Below, piece by piece: positions 56,898 through 64,000 of a stretch of DNA of 64,000 nt (within the stretch, counting starts at the first letter, position 1; each line of letters starts with the position of its first letter). A model generated the notes under the pieces. The model saw only the letters and a list, made by a program, of their open reading frames with translations. It did not search any database and was not told the origin of the DNA. The DNA is from Octopus vulgaris (Eukaryota): the NCBI GenBank assembly GCA_951406725.2, contig OX597842.1:1116001-1180000 (forward strand), written 5' to 3'. The translations under genes and the position numbers were made by a program.

Positions 56898-57215
56898 AAA
56901 ATAGCTTCTTGAAACTGCAAAGGAAGATTAGATTTAATTTACCTCTAGCACTGCCTTTAGAAGAGCAAATCAACCCCAGGACTTATTCTTTGTAAGCCTA
57001 GTACTTATTATATCAGTGTCTTTTGCTGAACTGCTAAGTTATATGTGAGGGTGCATGGCATAGTGGTTACAGTGTTGCACTCATGATTGCTAGATTGTGA
57101 TTTCAATTCCTAGACTGGGTGGTGTGTTCTTATCTTGAGCAAAAGTCTTCATCTTTCATTGCTCTGCTATCACTTGACCAACACCTGATGTGGGGTACAC
57201 CACGCACCTGTTCAA

Positions 57216-57340
57216 ATGGGGAGAGTGAACACTTGACAGACACTGACTTTGCTGACGTCATCGCTCTTATCAGTGATTCTCTCTCCAATGCCCAGTCTCT
57301 TTTACAATCTCTCAAACAAGCCTCAAATTGTGTAGGTTGG
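57216..57340 (+). mobile_element. RTE/RTE-X RT core fragment
   Basis: HLTDTDFADVIALISDSLSNAQSLLQSLKQASNCVG (decayed FADD motif). Confidence 0.75.
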
Positions 57341-57666
57341 AATGGATCCAAATGAAACCGAACCGAACCAAACCGAACTGAACCGAACCGAATGGAACCA
57401 AACCAAACCAAACCGAACCGAACCGAACCGAGCTGAGCCAAGACAAACCAAGCTGAACTGAGCTGAACGAAACCTGACTGAACCGAAAGGAATCGAACTG
57501 AACAGGACCGAACCAAACAGAATGGAACCGAATGTAACCAAACTGAACGGAACTGCACGGAACCAAACAGAACTGAACAGAACTGTACAGAACCGAACTG
57601 AACCGAATGGAATGGAACCGAAACGAAATGAACCGAACTGAACTTAACAAAACTGAATGGAACCGA
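57340..57666. repeat. Degenerate pentamer repeat (AACCG/AACTG/AATGG)n
   Basis: Seen directly. Confidence 0.92.
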
Positions 57667-57739
57667 GTGAAGATGTAGAGCAGTGGCTAATAAAAATGGG
57701 GTTGGTAGGGAGATAGATAGATAAATTGATAAAATATTG

Positions 57740-58088
57740 GTATGCATGTGTGATATGAGGCTTGATTTCTAACCACATGGTTCCAAGTTCAGTCCTGCTG
57801 TGTGGCACCTTGGGATTTCTGCTATAGCCACAGGCTGACCAAAGCCTTGTCATAGGATTTGATAGATGGAAACTGAAAAGAAGCCTGTCGTATATATTAT
57901 GTATATATATATATGTGTGTGTGTAGGCATAGGCGTGGCTGTGTGGTAAGAAATTTACTCCTCAACAACATGGTTCCAGGTTCAGTCCCACTGCGTAGCA
58001 TGTTGGGCAAGTGTCTTCTACTATAGCCTCGGGCCGACCAAAGCCTTGTGAGTGGATTTAGTAGATAGAAACTGAAAGATACCTGTTG

Positions 58089-58123
<35 letters not shown>

Positions 58124-58340
58124 CTTTGCATCTGTGTTTGTCCCTCACCAGTGCTTGACAACCAGTGTGTGTGTGTTTATGTCCCCATAACTTAGCGGTT
58201 CAGGTATAAGAGACCAATATAGTAAGTACAAGGCTTAAAATATAAAACAAAAGAGAACTGGGGTCGATTCATTTGACTAAACCTTCATGGCATTGCTCCA
58301 GCATGGCCGCAGTCTAATGACTGAAATGAATAAAAGACGA
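57740..58340 (+). mobile_element. SINE A 5' fragment and diverged full copy
   Basis: Similar to consensus. Confidence 0.8.
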
Positions 58341-59124
58341 AAAATATTGGGATCGAAATGATCAAAGTGGGGTCCCAACATGGCCATCACCTAAGAGATA
58401 TCCAAAAATATTAGGAAAACACTCAACACAAACAATAACTTTTTTATAATTTGCAAACCAACTTTTCTACAAATACTGTCATGTGACCTGTCATGTGATA
58501 CAAGGGCTGATAACTCAGCGTCACATGACAACACGGAGTGTAAACCTGTTGAAGGAACAATAATGGCACCGAGTACAAGAACTGCATTCAATCCGAATAA
58601 TATACATTGTTTGCTTGCACTGCTTTGCACTGAAACGGTGCATTTTTAGCCAGTTTATTTTGATGCACAACGGCAGCAGCACCAGCAGCAGCTGCTCTTG
58701 TCGCTGTTGTTGCTGGTGATGGTGGCGGTGGTGGTGGTGGGCGGTGGTGGTGCTGGTGGTGGTGGTGCAGGAGTTGCAGAGTTGAACTGCACCGGGAAAT
58801 TCACTTGGCAGTGCAGAACCAAAGACACTCGCAAACATGCTTAAGCACACACGCACGCACACACTTTGAATAATTGCTTTTATATATACATATGCATGTG
58901 TGTGTGTGTAAGTGTATATACACCCACCCACCTTATATAAAGTGTGTAGGAGTTTATATATGTATATTATATATATATGTGTAAATATATATGTATATAT
59001 GTGTATGTATATATATATGCACGTATCTGAATATCTGTGTGAGTGTATTATATATTTGTATATCTGTGTACAATATATATATGTATATATGTGTATATAT
59101 ATATATGTATGTATGTATGTATAT

Positions 59125-59325
59125 TCTTTTATTCTTTATCTGTTTCAGTCTTTTGACTGTGGCCATGCTGAAGCACCACTTTTTAGTTGAACAAATCAAC
59201 ACTAGGACTTATTCTTTGTAAGCCTAGGACTTATTCCATAGGGCTTTGTTTCTGAACTGCTAAATTATGGGGATGTAAACACTCCAACATCAGTTGTCAA
59301 GCGATGGTGGGGGGAGAAACACAGG

Positions 59326-59357
<32 letters not shown>

Positions 59358-59539
59358 CATATATACAACAGGCTTCTTTCGGTTTCCGTCTACCAAATCC
59401 ACTCACAAAGCTTTAGTCAGCCTGAGGCTATAGTAGAAGACACTGCCCAATGTGCAACGCAGTGGGACTGAACCTGGAACCATGTGGTTGGTAAGCAAGC
59501 TACTTACCACACGGCCACACCTATGCCTACACACACACG

Positions 59540-59607
<68 letters not shown>

Positions 59608-59830
59608 CTATATTATAATATAACATATATATATATATATATATATATCTATGTATATAGGTGCAGGTGTGATTGTGTGGTAAGTACCTTGCTTCCCAAA
59701 CACATGGTTCCAGGTTCAGTCCTATGGCATGGCACTTTTGGCAAGTGTCTTCTGCTATGGTCTCAGGCTGACCAAAGCCTTGTGAGTGGATTTGGTAGAC
59801 GGAAACTGAAAGAAGCCCATCACATATATG

Positions 59831-59881
<51 letters not shown>

Positions 59882-60090
59882 TATATTTGTGTCTGTTTAT
59901 TTCACCTACCTTCACTTGAAACTGATGCTGGCATGTTTACATCTCTGTAACTTAGCAGTTCGGCAAAGGAGACTGATGGAATAAGTACTAGTCTTACAAA
60001 GAATAATTCTGGGATCGATTTGTTTGACTAAAGGCGGTGCTCCAGCATGGCCACAGACAAATGAGTGAAACAGGTAAAAGAACAAAGGAA
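59125..60090. mobile_element. Head-to-head SINE A pair (59125-59528 minus; 59658-60090 plus)
   Basis: Similar to consensus in opposite orientations. Confidence 0.85.
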
Positions 60091-60129
60091 TACATATATA
60101 ACATATTTAAGTATATATGAATATATTAT

Positions 60130-61448
60130 ATGATAGCTGTCCACTCATGACCGAGGAAGATCATTGCTAACCTTCAGGGACATTGTGCGCTCTAGGACTA
60201 ACTTATATTTTGCATCTGCAGCTCTGCTCTTGTTAAGCATACACAGACCTCTGGAGATATGCTGTGACTGCGAAGACCCTACAAATAACGTGAGCTCATG
60301 GCTGTTTCCTGCACCAGCTTCACATAGAAGCCCCAGCCCATCCAAAGTGTCTTGGATTGCAGGTTGGCCTGCTGTGCTTACCTTGGATCGTAGGGTGACC
60401 TGCTGTGCTTGAGGAGACCCACTGAGTCAAGTGCATCAACATAAAAAAAAAAATCAAATGGAAATTGCTGTTGTGATACTTGCGCTGGTGGCACGTTAAA
60501 AGCACCATCTGTATGTGGCTGATGCCAGCACCGCCTTAACTGGCTTCTGTAGTGGTGGCAGGTAAAAAGCACCAACCGATCGTGGCCGTTGCCAGCCTGC
60601 ACTGGCACCTGTGCCGGTGGCATGTAAAAAGCACCCACTACAGTCACATAGCCGTTGGCATTAGGAAGGGCATCCAGCTGTAGAAACACTGCCAGATCAG
60701 ACTGGAGACTGGTGCAGCCTCCTGGCTTCCCAGACTCCAGTCAAACCATCCAACCCATGCTAGCATGGAAAACAGACGTTAAACGATGATGATGATGATG
60801 ATGATGACTACAAACACTGCAGACCAAGCTTTCCCCATTCACTACACCAGCAGTGTGCTTTCGAGCACCATGCTTAAGTTCTTTGTGCAGAATACGTGCT
60901 CCCTCAAAAGTGTTGACCCCTTCCTTAACCTGCTTCCTCCATCTGTGTCAATGACAGGCATTGTTCTCCCAGTCAGTGTCCTGCATATCACAGGCCTTTA
61001 ATGAGGACTTGACACAGTCCTTGAATCGCAACCTTGGTTTCTGCCGGGGTCGCTTTCTATTCACAAGTTCCCCATATAGCATCTTCTTAGGAATCCTTCT
61101 ATCCTTCATTCTAATAAGGTGTCCAGTCCAATGTAACCAGTGCTTGTGCACCATCGCCTCAATACTTAAGATATCAGCCCATTCTCAGGACCTGTGTGTC
61201 TGGAATTTTTGAGGTCCAGCCAACATTGAGAATGTGTCTGAGACATCTCTGATGAAAGCGTTCAAGGGCCCTTACATGACGTTTGTAAAGGGTCCATGTC
61301 TCACATGAGTAAAGGAGCGATGTCAGTACACATGCACGGTACACAGCAATTTTTGTTTGCTTTGAGATGCCCTGCTGGAACCAGACATGAGATTGAAGAG
61401 ACTGGAAGGAATCAGTTGCTCTCTGCAGCCTGAAAGATATTTCATCAT
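60130..61448 (-). mobile_element. RTE/BovB-like LINE 3' end, interrupted by an RTE R1 3' end (60243-60807, plus)
   Basis: LLYSCETWTLY...LHWTGHLIRMKDRRIPKKMLYGEL...RLRFKD...LVCSVCS | VCLTRAEL. Confidence 0.85.
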
Positions 61449-62276
61449 GGCTGTATGGTAACTAGTTTGCTTACCAGCCACATGGTTCCGGGTTCAGTCC
61501 CACTGCGTGGCACCTTGGGCAAGTGTCTTCTACTATAGCCTCGGGCCGACCAAAGCCTTGTGAGTGGATTTGGTAGACGGAAACTGAAAGAAGCCCGTCG
61601 TATATATGTATGTTTATATATGCGTGTGTGTGTTTGTGTGTGTGTGTTTGTGTGTGTGTGTTTGTCCCCCTAGCATTGCTTGACAACCGATGCTGGTGTG
61701 TTTATGTCCCCGTCACTTAGCAGTTCGGCAAAAGAGAACGATAGAATAAGTACTGGGCTTACAAAGAATAAGTCCCGGGGTCGAGTTGCTCGATTTAAGG
61801 CGGTGCTCCAGCATGGCCGCAGTCAAATGACTGAAACAAGTAAAAGAGTAAAAGAGTAAAAGAGTATATATATTTTTTTTTACTTGTTTCAGTCATTTTG
61901 ACTGCGGCCATGCTGGAGCACTGCCTTTAATCAAGCAACTCGACCCTGGGACTTATTATTTGTAAGCCCAGTACTTATTCTATCGGTCTCTTTTGCCGAA
62001 CCGCTAAGTGACGGGGACATAAACACACCAGCATCGGTTGTCAAACAATTTTGTGGGGACAAACACAGACACACAAACATACACACACACACATATATAT
62101 ATACATATATACGACAGGCTTCTTTCAGTTTCCGTCTACCAAATCCACTCACAAGGCTCTGGTCGACCTGAGGGCTATAGTAGAAGACACTTGCCCAAGG
62201 TGCCACGCAGTGGGACTGAACCCGGAACCATGTGGTTGGTAAACAAGCTACTTACCACACAGCCACTCCTGCACCT
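61447..62276. mobile_element. Tail-to-tail SINE A pair (61447-61864 plus; 61879-62276 minus)
   Basis: Two near-consensus copies about 15 bp apart. Confidence 0.92.
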
Positions 62277-62909
62277 ATATATAACTTTTGTGCTATTTCC
62301 ATTTACTAAATTATGCTTACGCTGCCTTCGTCATTTCAAAATTATTGTAGAAGACATCCAGACTGCCTCGTAGTCACATTAGGATTGAACCCCAGAAGTA
62401 CAGGGTTACGTACCTGGCTTCCTAACCACACACCCACACCTAATTTGGTCTGCAAGAACAAGTCTATCTTGACGCCCAGCAACAAACGAAACAAGAAAAA
62501 CAACAACAACAATCTTGACAACATTACAAACATTATAATTAACAACAATTAAAAGTTTCAGTTCACAATAATTAATAAATTTTCAGTAATTATTAATTAA
62601 AAGAACTGGCTTGATAGAAATCACTTCCACCCTCGCCCAGCCATACTAACCAACCAACCCTTGGAAACACCCAATATATATCTGTAGCCCTTTATAGTGC
62701 TCCACAACCCCTGAATGGTAGGGGTTGCTGTCCCCTCTCCCACACCGGCACCGACTCCTGAACGAATGGATTCTTGTTTCAGTGTTGCTAATTCTGTCGT
62801 TCTATTGTGAGTTCAAGCCCCGGGTAAGAGAAATGACATTAACCAAATATTGGACATTCATAATTAAATGTTCGTTGTTTGCATGATAACAATAAATTGT
62901 TGGTCGTTG

Positions 62910-64000
62910 GGGAGGGTGGGTGGCGGTGTGGTGGTGGTGGTGGTGGCGGTGGTGGTGGTGGTGGTGGTCATATACTGGTGGTGTGTTGGTGGCAGTGTGT
63001 ATGTGTGGTGGAGGTGTATGTGTGGTAGGAGGTATATGGTGGCAGTGTGTATTGATGTATGGTGGTGGTAGTGGTGATGGTAGTGGTGATAGTGGTGGTG
63101 TTATGGTAGTGGTAGTAGTGGGGATGGTGGTAGTGGTGGTAGTGTGGGGATTGCAGTATAGTGGTGGTGGCGATGTTGGTGTTGGTGGTGGTGGTAGTGG
63201 TCTTGGTCTTGGTGATGGTGGTCATATACTGGTGGTGTGTTGGTGGCAGTGTGTATGTGCAGTGGAGGTGGCGGGGTATGGTGGAGGAGGTAGTGTGGTG
63301 GCAGTGTGTATTGATGTGTGGTGGTGGTGGTGGTAGTGTTGGTGGTGTGGTAGTGGTGGTGGTTGTAGCAGTAGTGGTGGTAGTGTGGTGAGTACAGTAT
63401 AGTGGTGGTGGGGATGGTGGTGGTCGTTGTGGTAGTGGTGTGGTGGTGGTAGAGGTGGTAGTGGGGTAGTGGTCTTGGTGATGGTGGTCATATATTGGTG
63501 GTGTGTTGGTGGCAGTGTCTATGTGTGGTGGAGGTGGAGTGTGATGGTGGTAGTGCTGACAGTGTTAGTGGTATGGTAGTGGTGGTAGTGTGATTACAGT
63601 ATAGTGTTGGTGGTGATGGTGGTGGTGGTTGTGGTGGTGGTAGTGGGGTAGTGGTCTTGATGACGGTGGTCATATACTGGTGGTGTGTTGGTGGCAGTGT
63701 TTATATGCAGTGGAGGTGGCGGGGTATGGTGGAGGAGGTGGCGGGGTATGGTGGAGGAGGTAGTGTGGTGGGAGGGATATGGTGGCAGTGTGTATTGATA
63801 TGTGGTGGTATTAGTGGTAGTGGTGGTAGTATGGTGATTGCAGTATAGTGATGGTGGTGATGGCGGTGGTGGTTGTGGTGGTGGCGGTGGTAGTGGTGAT
63901 AGTGTTGGTGGTGTGGTAGTGGTGGTGGTAGTGGCGGTGGTGGTAGTGTGGTGGGAAAGACATGGTGGCAGTGTGTATTGATGTGTGGTGGTTGTGGTAG
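62910..64000. repeat. (GGT)n-rich repeat with ~180-270-bp higher-order units
   Basis: GGTCATATA(C/T)TGGTGGTGTGTTGGTGGCAGTGT recurs at ~62966, 63220, 63487 and 63668. Confidence 0.92.

Noticed and set aside
57340-57666. Telomeric repeat
   Set aside because: Degenerate AACCG/AACTG pentamers, not TTAGGG.
58521-58931. Poly-H/Q/T ORF resembling a transcription factor tract
   Set aside because: Starts in microsatellite and has no recognisable domain.

Overview
This is eukaryotic, very AT-rich, repeat-saturated DNA. Its SINE families resemble the tRNA-derived SINEs of octopus, so an Octopus intronic or intergenic region is inferred, not proven. No intact host protein-coding gene is supportable; almost all listed ORFs are microsatellite or TE artefacts. 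The window holds more than 25 copies of one ~430-bp SINE with an internal (TA)/(CA) tract, two other SINE families, decayed LINEs (several RTE families, Tx1/L1-like, R4/Dong-like), two mariner families, piggyBac derivatives and MITEs, a Helitron/Helentron-like tandem block, minisatellites and kilobase microsatellites. The main signal is a set of short, mostly fold-back, Penelope-type inserts carrying minimal type-I hammerhead ribozymes, mostly with palindromic loop-less stem III. One has a covariant G3-C8 core swap, one has an A6U core, and one sits downstream of a tRNA-like segment. Other notable items: a 26-bp satellite apparently born from an RTE 3' UTR subrepeat, a twin-priming-like RTE inversion, many closely spaced inverted SINE pairs, and a few unique islands with clustered TF motifs. 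Coordinates were read by eye and may be off by a few bases.
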